Shown here one piece after another: positions 12,681 through 25,298 of a stretch of DNA of 64,000 nt. This DNA comes from Pseudogymnoascus verrucosus (lineage: Eukaryota). The DNA lies in the NCBI GenBank assembly GCA_001662655.1, contig KV460206.1. One strand, 5' to 3'. Each line of letters opens with the position of its first letter. Position 1 is the first letter of the stretch. The notes beneath the pieces were generated by a model that worked only from the letters and a program-made list of their open reading frames with translations, was not told the origin of the DNA and searched no databases. A program made the position numbers and the translations under genes.

Positions 12681-15600
12681 CTAACTTAAGACAAGCAAGG
12701 GGTCAGTGTGGCTACTCTTCAATGCAACTGTGGCTGCAAGAGCAGTGATCGAGCTGCTCTGCATGATGTCGAAGATCGAAACTTCAGCACCCGCGCGCAA
12801 CGCCAACATGTTTCGCAATTCGACGGCAACAAGGGAATCAACTCCATAACTTGCAAGAGATTTTGAGGGGTCCACGTCAGACTCCAAGATCATGAAGCTG
12901 TCCATCAGCTTCTTCGTCAGTCCACCAACGACAGCTTCAACTGCCTCGTCGAGTGTCGAGGCAGCTGCGATTCTGCTTCCCAAGTCGCCCGCTGCGGATT
13001 TGTTGACATTCGACGAGGTTTGCTTACGGTAACGGAGGAGAGAGAATCTCAAGTCTCGGGTGTATACGCTGTCTTCCCAGTGAGGCCCAGACCCGGTATT
13101 GAAGCCGATGCTCAACTGTGTTGAAAAGGGGTGAAGTATGGCATATTCGATAGTGCTGAGAACAACATCTTCGCTCAGCATGGTCAAGCCTTTTCTCGAA
13201 AGTTGTTGAGCCATGCCAACTGATTCTGCAACAACTCCTACCGATTTTGTCTGTCCCAGATCGATCGCCACACATGGTAGACCTTTAGATGTACGATATT
13301 TTGCGAGAGCGTCTTGGAAGGTTCCACCTGCAGCGTAGGCACTCTGGCTTGCATTACCGGTGACACCCACAATAGAAGAAAGCATTATGAAAAAATCGAT
13401 TTCTAGTCCAGACATTTGGTTATGGAGATTCCAGGTTCCCTGGACCTTTGGTCGAATCCCAGCATTGAAGTTTCCGAGACTCATGCGTTCAAGAATGGAG
13501 TCCTATCAACTTTTAGCAATTAAGATTATAGATCGCAGTTGGTGTGCTTACCTCGAGAACCATAGCAGCTTGTATTACACCACATATTGGAGGCATTTCA
13601 AATGAACATGCTTTCAACACTTCTGCGAGCTGATACTCGTCTGTGATATCACATGCTGTAACTTTGACTTTGCAGCCATTCTTTCCAATCTCAGCTAAGA
13701 AAGGCGCAGCCTTTTCCTGCGAGCTTGCACTTCTCGAGATGACAACAATGTTCTTTGCTCCATGGCTTACCATCCAATGACACACAGAACGGCCGATGCC
13801 GCCAAGACCACCCACAACCAAATACGAGCTGTCAGGTCGCAATTTTACCGATGGAGTCTTTGGAAGTACCTAATTCAGTTAGCATCGTAAGATATAGACG
13901 CGAGGAGGTGTAGTCTGGGAGAATCTCAAATCTGGGAATGTACGAAAGACTACTTACAGGAACGATGTCCTCGGGGTTCATTGCAATTACAATCTTTCCC
14001 ATATGTTTTCCAACCTGCATCAGACGGTATGTTCTCTCAAGCTCGGAAACAGGATAAACCGTAATCGGATCAACAGGAACAATGACCTTTTGTTCGAAAA
14101 GGCGGATAACGTCCTTCAATACGTCCTGTATCTCGGGATACCTCGTGTCCGAGAATGCCAGCAGATCAAAAGACGAGAAGGATATCGAGCGTGTAAACGC
14201 ACCCATATCCAGGAGACTGTTTGCCTCAAAATCACGTTTGCCAACCTCCACAAAACGGCCAAATGGAGCAAGGCAGTTCACACTTTCCTGAAGCAATATA
14301 CCTGAAAGCGAATTTAGCACAACATCAACGCCTTTTCCTTCTGTCATCGCTAGAATACCAGGAGCAAATGAGGTATCTCTGCTGGAAAATATGTGGTCAG
14401 GTTGGATGCCGTAGGTCTTTATTACAAATTGCCGTTTCGCCTCCGTTCCAACGGTGACGAAAATCTCAGCACCGACATGTTTTGCCAATACAATGGCCGC
14501 CTGAGCAAAAGCTCCAGTAGCTGCATGAATCAGGATTTTCTCTCCCCTCCGGAGTCTTGCTATGTCAAAGACCGAGATATAAGCTGTGCAGAAGGAGACC
14601 GGCAGGCTCGCAGCAACCTCGAAGGTCATGTCATCTGGGATTTTGACGACGCTGCTGTGATGAACTCGAGCGAAGGTGCCCCAGTGACCCCGGAGAAGCA
14701 TTGCCACTCGATCACCAGGTTTGTAGCCTTGCAGTTTCGCATTTGAGCCGACTCTGCTGATATACCCGGAGCATTCAAATCCCATAATGTCCCGATTCAG
14801 CTGGCCCATTGCTACCATAACATCGCGGAAGTTCAGACCAAATGCCTTTGCTTGGACCTCAACGATGTCGGGCTCGAGCTCCTTTCCAGCATCAGGATCA
14901 TCGCCCCATGCCAGACTATCTAAGAGACCAGGAGAACCAATGAACAAGCGTAAGGGGCGTCCGAGTTGAGCAAATGGTTCCATTTTTGCCATGGTGAGTT
15001 CTGCTGCATTTGGAAATGCGGCTGAATCAGTAGAAATGTCTTTGTGATACCGTAGGACAGAAATGAGACCGTCACGGTCAGCAAACTCGAAGTCAATATC
15101 TTCAGCCGTAGACCATTCGCAGAAGACTTTGCTAAACACATCCGTGATGGTAGGAATGGATTCAAAGCTCCATGGAGATTGATTTGGGTCCAAATCAACA
15201 GAAGCCAGGCGTTTGCCACTATATTCCCACCTGAGACAGCGAAAGAACCCAACATGCATGCTGGAATCAACTTGCTCACAACCGACTGTACCACCGCGAC
15301 TCACCCAAAGCACGCCTTTTGATGTGGAACAAAGTGCTTTGATGGCTTCAAACTGTGCTGAATCGAGATTTTTGAGAAAAGGGCCTTCAGTATCCCCCAA
15401 GAAGACATAGATGGATTTACTGTTCCCCCTGACGCCCTCAAGAGGCTCTATGGAGGGCGCAACACCTGTGGCTTCTGCAATCGATGTTGACAGCGCATCC
15501 ATCCACGAGATCGGGGTCAGGTTTCGGGTGACAAGCACAATATCAGAGTTCAATTTGGTCGACTGGGAGTTTGCAGTGGACATGATGACACTGTACGAGT

Positions 15601-18600
15601 AGAGATCTGGTTCATCGCAGTCGGGAACTTCAATATCTACACCACTGAAGCCCGTTTCGCGAAGACAACGATCCCACATTCCAACAGTGAGAGATGGGCT
15701 AAATTTCCGTTCTTCCTCTTCGCCTGTTCGCGGGGTCAGTAAATGAATAGCGCTGGATAGATTAAAGAGTCAGAGACTTACTGAGCCACCAGCTTGGAAG
15801 CAACGAGAACGAGAATTGGGTGTCTAGCTGATCCTGTGTTGTCTCCACCATGAGGAGTTTTCCGCTAGGCTTTAGTAGCTTCCGCACGTTGGACATGGTA
15901 TTTTGCATAGACTTTGTTGCACTCAGGACTCGACATGCGATGATGACATCGTACGAGCCCTCATCGAATCCTTGCTTCAACGGATCCTGTTCGACATCGA
16001 GTTTCTTATATCGGACTAAATTCTTCCAATTCTTGAACTTCTCCTTGGCTGATTCAAAAACGCCAGAGGAAATATCGGTGAAGTCGTAAGACAGAGCAAG
16101 CGGGCCATCGTCAGAGTTATCCTCCCCCAGAGTCGCCAGGATGGGGGCTGTAAAACTTCCACTTCCTGCACCGATCTCGAGTATTTTCGCACGCGGATTT
16201 TTGTGGACAATGTGCTTGAGAACTCCGCACACTTGGTGCAAGGACCTGTCCAGCTTGAGACTGTTTTCGTAGAACTTGTTGAGCATCCCATCTTCAACTA
16301 GCAAGTCTTGAGGGGTCCTCTCTTGTCTCAGAATTGAGACCAGCTCTGACCCAAGCTTGCAGAGCAACTCCCCATTCACACTTGCAGCATAGACCTTGTC
16401 TTTGAGAACGGTGATTTGGTCGGGCGCAGCTTTGTGCCAGTACGTACTCCCTGGTGCTAGTTCGTCACGACCGGCTAGCTCGACTTGTAGCTTCATCCAA
16501 ACATAAAACTTTTTAAGATGAGAATCCAGTCGCTTGACATCCTCTGCAGTCAGTCTTTCCAAAGCATCGCTGATGAAATGAATGCAAAGTTGCCTCAAAT
16601 CAAGTAGGTTTTCGGCCTCGATGGAGGAAATGTGACAGCTGAGTTGTTGCTTGAAGAAAGCTGGTTTAAGAAATGAGATATCTGGGACCCATTTCTCCGC
16701 GATGAAGAGTTGGTCTTCTAGGGAATCAGCTTGAATGGGTGCGTTGCCAATTGACTGGCAGACAAAGCCGTTTACTGTAATCAAGGGTGCTCCAAGTTCG
16801 CCATCGTTGACCACAGACATATCAGCTTCGAATGTCTGTGGAGTAGCGCGGTTCACATTGGTATATGCATTGAACGTGTGTCCAGGGGCGCTCGAAATAC
16901 TATGGGCGATCCAGAGGTGTTTGATGGATTTAGGGATTTGCGAGCTCTGCGATTTGGAGCCAGCCCCAGGAAGAGCTGTATAGGCTGCCTGAAACACGGT
17001 ATCCAGCGTGGTTGGATGGATAATGTGTGGGCTCTGGTGCTGATAGGGCATCGTCGACGCTGTATCAGCTACGACAAAGACAGAAAGTGACTGCTTATCA
17101 CGGCCTCTGATGCCCCTTAAGTTTTGGAAGATGGGACCGTGGTAGATTCCGGCAGAACGTAAACTAGCATAGACATCCATCGGATCAATACGGCGCCTGT
17201 AATGATCCTTGGTGATCAGAGCTCCGTGCTGGACCTGCGCCTTTTGCTGGATATCTACTTTGATCAGTCCTTTGCAGTGCTCCAGCCAGTGGCTGGCCGA
17301 CGACACCGAAGAGACGGAGAATTCTTGCCAGCCCGTGGCGTATAGGTCTTTGACATTGCATGGCCGCAGGGTGAGTTGGACCTCCACGCCTTCTGCAGAT
17401 TCGGGAATAACCAAGGCCTGGAGGATATCAACATCACGAAGCTGATAGCCTTGGATAGCTGTCTGGGGTTGCTGGACACGGGCTTGGGCGCTGGCTCCCT
17501 CGATTGCCATGCACAGATAGCCCGCGCCGGGGTAGATGACATTGCCCTGGACGAGATGATCATTCACCCACGGTACGTCTGTGGCCCGAATAACATGGCG
17601 CCCTTTGGATGGGTCAGTATGCTGTGTGGAGAAGGGAGAAAGGAGAAGGGTAGGTGAAGATATAAACGCAGATGAATATCAATATCAATACGAACATAGC
17701 ACTTACATGACGGCGTCAGAATATTGCAGCCCAAAGCCAGACTGCCGAGGAGGTCGTGAGGTTTTCCACCCCTCTCTCGCCAGGCCCGGTTCAATCGCGG
17801 TTCGCTCCAGTGCCGGGTCGAGTGGGTCCAGGGGTAGCTCGGTAGCGAGTGCAGCACCTCGACCTTCACCTTCAACGTCCCCTCCCCCTCCCCCTCCCCC
17901 TCAGTCTTAAACTTGCCTCCATTCCCATTTTCATGTACATCCGCATTCTTATTGCCACTCCTACTCCTACCCCCACTCCCTCTCCCTCTCCCACCTCCAA
18001 TTCTCCCATGCGGAAAGTTCACGGCCTCCATATTAACAGGATACCCTTTCCGCACCAGCTCACACGCCAACGCCTGCATGGTAGCGACGGCATTGCTCTT
18101 GCGGACGAGACACGTGTGATAGGAGATCTCGCTTCTATTGCGGAACTGTGGCAGCGTCGATTTGATCTCGTGGATCGGCCCTGAGAGCGCAGCGTGCGGA
18201 CCGACCTCAATCACGGCATCGACCTCGCAGGCAGCGTCGTCACTCTCGTCCCCAAAACACATATTGCGGAATGCTTGAACGAACTGAACAGGGCTGGTCA
18301 AGCTGTCTACCCAATGCTGGGGACGATTGATGGTGGCCAACGACCCGATGCGGGTGCCGGTGGTGGGCGACGAATACACAATATCGGTGAGCTCTCCGTT
18401 CACAGGTGGCACGTACTTCTCCAGATAGGCACGGTACGGCTTCGCGATGGGCTGGACGTGGTGGGAGTGCCATGCGGCGTCGACCTTCAGTCGCCGTGCA
18501 AAGATGTGCTCGTCGTGGAGCATCCGCTCCAGCTCCTCGATCGCGGAGGCATCGCCGGATACGGTGGTCGAGGTGGGCGAATTCATACAGGCGGCGACGA

Positions 18601-21323
18601 GCTGACCAGAGGAAACACGTTCGAGATATGGCTCTGTATCTTCAGGACTCAGCCCGACCGCAATCATGCCTCCCTTGCGCTCAGCAAACTGGGTGACTTC
18701 CCCGACGAGCTCCCCCCGAGACAACACACTCGCCATGGTGGAGTCGAGACTCAGGGCACCGACGGCGCATGCAGCGGCCATTTCACCACTAGAATGGCTA
18801 GTCACAGCGCTGGGCGTGATGCCCCACGACTGGAGGAGTCGAGCCAAGGCAATCTGGAGCGCTACACTGAGCGGGGTGCTCAAGGCCACATCACTAACCC
18901 GGCTCGATTTCTCGTCTCGCTTGAGTTCTTCTGTTCTGAAGTCAGTCTATGCCCCGGGCACATCTTTTACTCCTACGCTAGAGAATTGGTAGTTTACCTG
19001 TCAAAGACCATGTTGCGCCTAGCGCCTTCAAGTACCCCTCGGCCTCCAACAGGCACCCCTTGAAAACTGGATAGGCGTCGAACAATTCTCTTCCCATCGC
19101 AAACCACTGTGCGCCTTGTCCGGTGAAGACGAAGCCGAGCCGTGGGGGACGATCCATCCTCCGGCCTGGCTTCATCTTGCCAGAGTCAATCAAGCCTATT
19201 AATTCCGATACATTTTGGGCCGGTTGTGCACTCACCCATGGGAAGATCGATCGACGTTGGCTGAGGGTGTATGCAAGACTGGCGAAGAAGCTTTCATCAT
19301 TTGCCTGTTCTGATTTCAAGAGATAGTCTCTCAAATTTGATGCTACAGCCTCACACGCAGTCTCATCCTTTCCGCTCAGTATGATGATACGGGGAGTATG
19401 TGACGTATGGTGGCCATTGATGCCGTTGGTACTGTTGACACCCTTGATTCCATTCGTGCCATTAATTCCATCCGTGTTATTAATCCTACTGACAGCACTT
19501 TTGTTGTTGCTTCCATTTGCATCGGTTCCATTTGCATGGGTTCCATTTGTCTTATGTGCAATATGCTTCGCTTCAGCACTCTTTGGGTCGATGAATGATT
19601 GACAATCTTGCATTACAACATGGCAATTGGCTCCTCTGCGTGCACAAAGTTAACACTGCATTTCGAAGATTCTCAAAAAATTTAAAGCCTAGGGGTTTAG
19701 ATCACTTACCCGTATCCGAAGTTATTAACAGAAGCACGTCGAATGGTTCCCTTCGGCCACTCTTCAAGCTTCGTGGGAATCTACATGCAAAATATTGGTC
19801 ACCAAGTCCGGACCGCGTAGACAGAAAGGAAGGGGATGCCCAGTTGACATCAGAAAACGATACATGTCCGTGAAAAGAACGGATCTAAATGATGAAAGGG
19901 ATAGGGATCACGAACCTTCATGTGCCAATCATCCAAGTCTATTTCCTCATTCGGTTTCTCAAAATTGGCGCTGGGGGGTATTTGGCCTTTTTCAAGTGCC
20001 AATGCCACTTTGATAATGCTTGCAAGTCCGCTCGTCGTTTCAGTGTGGCCAACGTTCGTCTTCACAGATCCAACTAGCAAAGGCTCAGTTCGTGATTTAT
20101 GCTCGCGAAAAACCGAAGCTATTGCTCTCGCCTCTATCGGATCACCCGTTCGAGTACCCGTTCCATGGGCCTCGAAATATGCAGTCTGTGCCGGATCAAG
20201 TCCAGCCTTCTCATAGCAGGCTCGTATAAGCTCTTCTTGGGCTCTCTGGCTCGGAGTGGTTACTGTCTCAGTTTTGCCGTCTTGATTGGTACCACTGGTT
20301 CGAATAATTGATCGGATTGGGTCGCCATCGCGCAGAGCGTCGTCTAAACGCTTGAGAATGACAGTTGCAGATCCTTCTCCGCGACCATATCCTTCAGCAC
20401 GATTGTCGAAAGCATATGATTTTCCTGTTTTCCCGAGAAGGCTGCACGGAATTAGTTCTGAGACAATTTCCAGTACCCTAGTCCACTCACGAGATGTTTG
20501 ACATCACCACAAAATTGTCGGGGTTCAGCATCACATTCGCACCTCCCACGATCGACATGTCGGATTCCCCAGTACGAAGACTCTGACAGCCTTGATGTAG
20601 CGCTATCAAAGTCGTACTGCAGCCGGTATCGATTGTCATACTCGCCCCTCTCAAGTCATAAAAATGAGATATCCGATTCGACGCCATTGCAGAACCTACC
20701 CCTAGGAGGAAAAGTCGTGGTAGTGTTTCTCCGTCTCTCGTCTGGGCTTCGCTATAATCTCGAAAGAATGTGCCCGCAAAAACAGATGTGTTCGAGCCAG
20801 CAACGTGCTCCATAGTAAGACCAGCTGTGGTGCTCATCAGTTGATTGTTCGTAAAAATGCGTTGCATTTCATATCTTACCACTTTCCAGGGCCTCATAAG
20901 TAGATTCTAACTGCAGTCTGTATTGAGGATCAAGAGACTGCCAAACTTCAGCACATTGGCTTAAACACCTCGCCAAGTTTCGGGACATCAACATACTGAA
21001 GCAACTTCAGAGGAGAGATTGAAAAATCCCGCATCGAACAAAGCCAAATCTTCCTCCAAGAAATGACCACCAATAACATTTGTCTAAAGAAACTCATGTC
21101 AGCGCCAAATTTTTCTGTCATATAGGTAATAAATGCTACATACGGTGTTTGTCTTTGCTGCGTTGGGATGATATACTCCATCTAAATTAAACCTTGAGGC
21201 GGGTATTTTACTCCATCCTGTCCTACCCTCGGCGCAAAGCTTCCAAAGATCCTCTGGGACCTTGACATTTCCAGGGAATCTACAGCTCATGCCAATAATG
21301 GCAATTGGCACGTTTGGATCCAT
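12681..21323 (-). CDS. Highly reducing iterative type I PKS (KS-AT-DH-cMT-ER-KR-ACP), about 11 introns
   Basis: [74 protein letters not shown]. c[47 protein letters not shown]. Introns read by eye give a continuous frame; an alternative ATG exists at 21335. Confidence 0.95.
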
Positions 21324-21687
21324 GATGGGCCGCATTCCGCAACAACTCTGTTGTGTCTGATAAGTATGAATATCCTTATATCGCAAGCGGGTGTAGATAC
21401 GGCAAGCCCTCAATTACTTCAATTCACTTTATGCCGAATGATCATATAGGTAGGTCTACCGCTACAAGAATTTCGCATGGGCTTTCCGCAGCGTTTTTGA
21501 GGCTCGATATATGCAGCGGAGTATTTCCAGCCGGTAGCTTCCACGTCACGATCGAGAGCTTGATACCTGAGCAACCCTCATTTAGCAATTATGTCCCGGA
21601 GTGACTTTGATTGGATGGAGTAATTGGGCTATGAAAACAGGATGGCCTAAAAGCAAGTGGCATCTCGTTCTTACTTTGGCTCGCCGG

Positions 21688-21708
21688 AAACTCCGCTGGG
21701 AAAGTCCG
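21688..21708. promoter_or_regulatory. Paired CGGASTTT-type putative Zn2Cys6 binding sites upstream of the HR-PKS
   Basis: aaactccg at 21688-21695 and aaagtccg at 21701-21708; the same motif recurs in other cluster promoters. Confidence 0.45.
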
Positions 21709-22411
21709 CTCGGACATTGAGCAAAACTCGTTCAGTAAAATCACTTCAATGCTTGTCAACGGTCAAGTCCTGAATGGACTTTCTTTCCGGAGCTTCTAGC
21801 ACAAGTAAAGAGATTCTGCGTTGCCCTCTGAAAGCACTTCGTATTGGCATGAAGTCGGATGAATATTCCGAAGTTTCCCAGGCATGTACTCATGTTTCCT
21901 GGCGCTGGAGCTGTACGATTTTGCTGCAATATTGTCCTCCTCACAGTAAGTGTGTTCCTGGCCAAACACAAAATTAAAGCGTAAACACTCCTGTGAGTGT
22001 TCATATTACACTCCCAGCCTTCAAACCTAGACCCTTGACTCTTGAGACCCGTGATTTCAAGTGAGTTGTGAAGATCAACGTTTTCTCGGACTTCTGTCGT
22101 AATTTTCGGTTGGGTGAGATGGATATGTCCCTAGCTTTACATCAATTTCTTGGAATTAATTCCTCGGCGCTCTCACTTTGACAGGCCCGACCTAGACATT
22201 GTATCACACAAGAGAAAATCACTGAAAAAGAGTGGAATTTAGGGCCCGCACGAGAGTTCTCTGGGCATTTCAATGAATTTGAAGTTTTGGATTCAAAGCT
22301 AAAACATCGGTATTCATGAAAAGTACGCAGCAACTATTGACCATATACCCTAGCCGAATCATCTGAACTTCAAAGTCTTTCCTGAGCCCGCCCAGTAACA
22401 CTTTTTGAATC

Positions 22412-23167
22412 CTATTGAATTAAAGCTCCTCCGCTGGTGCTGACTGTGCTTCCAGTGTTGTTAAAGTCTCTCATCAAGTAGATGTACGCCTCGCCAACCT
22501 CCTCGGCAGTACCAGCCTTGCCCAGCAGAGCAATTTTGGTGTACATTTGTAGCCGTTGAGCGCGCTGCTCATCATTGCCCCACATCTCTGTATCTGTAGC
22601 ACCAGGAGACACACAGTTGACGCGAATAGGAGCCAAATCCAGCGCCAGCGAGCGAGTGATGCCAAAGAGCAAAGCTCCAAAGGCGGCTCCCATAGTGTAG
22701 CCCTTGACTGGCTTCTCGGCAACGCGACCACTGGTGAAAATGAGTGAGGACTTGTAGCTGGGGTTCAGAAAGCGAGACGCAAGTTTGGCCAAGAGCATGG
22801 GAACCACCAGACCGAACTGGCCGCTATTGCTCAAGTAATCGGCTGTAACTTGGTCAAGTGGCTTGAGATTGAGTGAGTTGGCTGTGTACACAATGTGGTC
22901 GAGCTTGGTGCCATTGGAAGTGATTTCGGTGAGGAACTTGACCAAATCTTCCTCAATTCGGGGTGTGTCGAGGTTAATTGTGAAGCCACTGACTTTGGCA
23001 ATAGGAGCTGCATTTTGGAGGGTCTCGACAGCCTTGGCGACCTTGGTACTGTTTGAGGAGGCAATGAATACGTGCACTCCTTGCTCTAATGCCAGCTTTG
23101 CAACAGCTGCTCCAATACCGGATGAGCCCCCAAGGACGAGAATTGATTGGCCTGAGATTGAAGGCAT
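22412..23167 (-). CDS. Atypical short-chain dehydrogenase/reductase (MalC/PhqE-like subfamily)
   Basis: Intronless 251 aa; GGSSGIG Rossmann motif, HIVYTA, LIFTSG, RVNCVSPG, EEVGEAYIYLMRD; no YxxxK. Confidence 0.9.
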   Translation of the reverse strand: MPSISGQSILVLGGSSGIGAAVAKLALEQGVHVFIASSNSTKVAKAVETLQNAAPIAKVSGFTINLDTPRIEEDLVKFLTEITSNGTKLDHIVYTANSLNLKPLDQVTADYLSNSGQFGLVVPMLLAKLASRFLNPSYKSSLIFTSGRVAEKPVKGYTMGAAFGALLFGITRSLALDLAPIRVNCVSPGATDTEMWGNDEQRAQRLQMYTKIALLGKAGTAEEVGEAYIYLMRDFNNTGSTVSTSGGALIQ

Positions 23168-23918
23168 GATGCAAGAAGTTAAGATGCAGGATGCAGGATG
23201 AGATGATTTAGATGTTATCGTGCAACGAGTTGATTGTTATCGCAGAATGCTCTCAAACTAAGAGGATTTAGCTGCCAAACTGGGAGATAGAGTAAGAAGC
23301 TTGCGAGGTTCTGGTGATTATTTGATTTCTTAGTGAGAGTGAGGGCGATGGTGAGGTTGTTGTTGATTTGATGAACGGCAGTTACGGTTAAATCAAGCCT
23401 CGCCATGCAAAACAAATACATCCGGGCGGCATTCGGAATTCCTACGCAGTTGAAAGCCGATCGTTAAAACACAACAGCTGGCTTTACGGAGTTTGTCTTT
23501 ATCCCTCACAGGGTGGCTCAGCTGTCGGTTAGCGGCGCAAAACGTGCACGCCGCAGGGAAGCCTTACGAGTTACACCACCTGCACATTGTCGGCGCCAAG
23601 GCCCTGTGTCTCATGGGAGCTTACCCCCTCTCTTCTCAAAGCGGCCCAGTCATATGTGGACGGTATTTCTCACCAACTCCACACGGCCATCGGTATGACT
23701 TTTGTTCCGAAGGCTCATATCAGGCGGAAGACAACATCACCTCACTCTACTCGCCAAATTGTTCAAACAAGGGTCAAGTGAAAACGAGTGAGAGCAAGGG
23801 AATAAAATACGTCTAGTGATCGATGCTTGACTCTAATTTCTAGACAATATTGCATTGATTTGACACTATCTAGCCCTCCAAATGCATAAAGATATCCCGT
23901 GTATTATCCTCTTCAACT

Positions 23919-25298
23919 TCAAAGCTTAGCAACGATCTCCGGAATCAATGTTGAGGTATAGTTCCACAACGCTACAGAGCCCAACACAATTTCCATCCCC
24001 GCATACCAGGTATTTCGGTAACCCTGGAGCTTATAAAGTTCATGCCAGGTTCCGTTCTTGATAGCCTCAGATGGGAATTTTGAATACCAGGGAGTATGGC
24101 TTGCAAACTCGATCAACTCCGGTTCGGTCGATACCCCAGTCACTGCATCAGCAAATGCCTTTATTGATGCCAGAGTTTTGGCCCTAGCCTGTGCGTAAGG
24201 CATAGGCTCGGCGTTGAACATATAGAATCTGTAAAAGCCTTCTATGGCCGTGGGAGTTAGGCTGTTGATTGCTGGTGCTGTGGGGAGGTTGTAGAGGGTC
24301 TCTGGTGCTGCATTCTTGTATGTCACGCCTGCGGGTAGACCAGAGATTTTGACAATACCGGGCCAAAGACCCTCAGCTACGAAGTGCGAAAGGATGGAGT
24401 TTTCTTTAGTATCGAGTACAAATGGAGCCAGGTTCTTGGCAGTGGGTGGAATGGTAATAAGAAGTTGTTTCGCGTTGATTAGTTTCTTCCCAGTGGGGGT
24501 CGAAACGACGAGTTGACTCCCATAACTATTGCGCCGTGCTGATGTCACGGTAGAGCTCAGGAGAACACTTTTCTGAAGCACTTTGAGGGCATTGATGTAG
24601 ATGATGTGGTTGCCCTTTTCACTGACAACCCCGATGGCAGTAGTGTGTACTCCTAACTCCTTTAGTCCAACATTGCTGATCACGTTCAGTGTGGGTAATT
24701 GGAGCATCGCTGTGCTGGAGAACATGTAGATGCTGTAAGCAACATCTTGCAGCGAGTACTTGACGAGAAAGTCTCCAAAAGAAGAGTAGAGGTCGGGATC
24801 TACTGGGGCGGCAAGATCTTTTGTCCATTCCAGGAAAGGATATCGCTCGAGCTGGGTAATATACGGCCCAAAGTTGAAGCTTGGAGTGAAGTTTGTCAGA
24901 GGCTTTCCGGTGGTAAAGTCCGTATAGACAGTAGCATTGGTGTACGAGGGCATTGGAGACCCATTGTAGGTGACACCAAGGCGATCGAAGTATTTTGTTG
25001 CGACAGACGTGTTTTCATACCGCTGGACTCCATAATCAATTGCGGTGCCTGTTGCTGGGTCGATGTACGTTTCCGTATGGCCTCCCAATTCTCCCTGTTT
25101 CTCCACGACAATCACGCTCTTTCCCAGGTCACGCAGCGTAATCGCTGCATACGTTCCAGTTGCACCACCTCCAATGATGGCCACATCTACATTGACAACA
25201 TCTGCCTTTGCATAAGTGCTGGCATCAAACTCAGTTGTGTAGCCATTGACCGCTGAAACAACGTTTAAGCCCAACAGAGATACTTTGAATAAATGCAT
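23919..25298 (-). CDS. Secreted FAD-dependent oxidoreductase (flavin amine oxidase / beta-cyclopiazonate dehydrogenase-like)
   Basis: Intronless 459 aa; signal-peptide-like N-terminus; DVAIIGGGATG, EKQGELGGHTETY, IDYGV, LQGYRNTWYAG. Confidence 0.88.
   Translation of the reverse strand: MHLFKVSLLGLNVVSAVNGYTTEFDASTYAKADVVNVDVAIIGGGATGTYAAITLRDLGKSVIVVEKQGELGGHTETYIDPATGTAIDYGVQRYENTSVATKYFDRLGVTYNGSPMPSYTNATVYTDFTTGKPLTNFTPSFNFGPYITQLERYPFLEWTKDLAAPVDPDLYSSFGDFLVKYSLQDVAYSIYMFSSTAMLQLPTLNVISNVGLKELGVHTTAIGVVSEKGNHIIYINALKVLQKSVLLSSTVTSARRNSYGSQLVVSTPTGKKLINAKQLLITIPPTAKNLAPFVLDTKENSILSHFVAEGLWPGIVKISGLPAGVTYKNAAPETLYNLPTAPAINSLTPTAIEGFYRFYMFNAEPMPYAQARAKTLASIKAFADAVTGVSTEPELIEFASHTPWYSKFPSEAIKNGTWHELYKLQGYRNTWYAGMEIVLGSVALWNYTSTLIPEIVAKL

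Noticed and set aside
18194..19063. 289-aa plus-strand ORF
   Set aside because: Antisense shadow of the GC-rich HR-PKS AT exon; no recognisable motifs.
19410..19550. Asn-Gly-rich repeats in the HR-PKS KS-AT linker
   Set aside because: Such NG-rich linkers are common in fungal PKSs.
20605..20635. HR-PKS KS motif DTGCST instead of DTACSS
   Set aside because: Catalytic Cys and both His residues are present; a tolerated variant, not evidence of inactivity.
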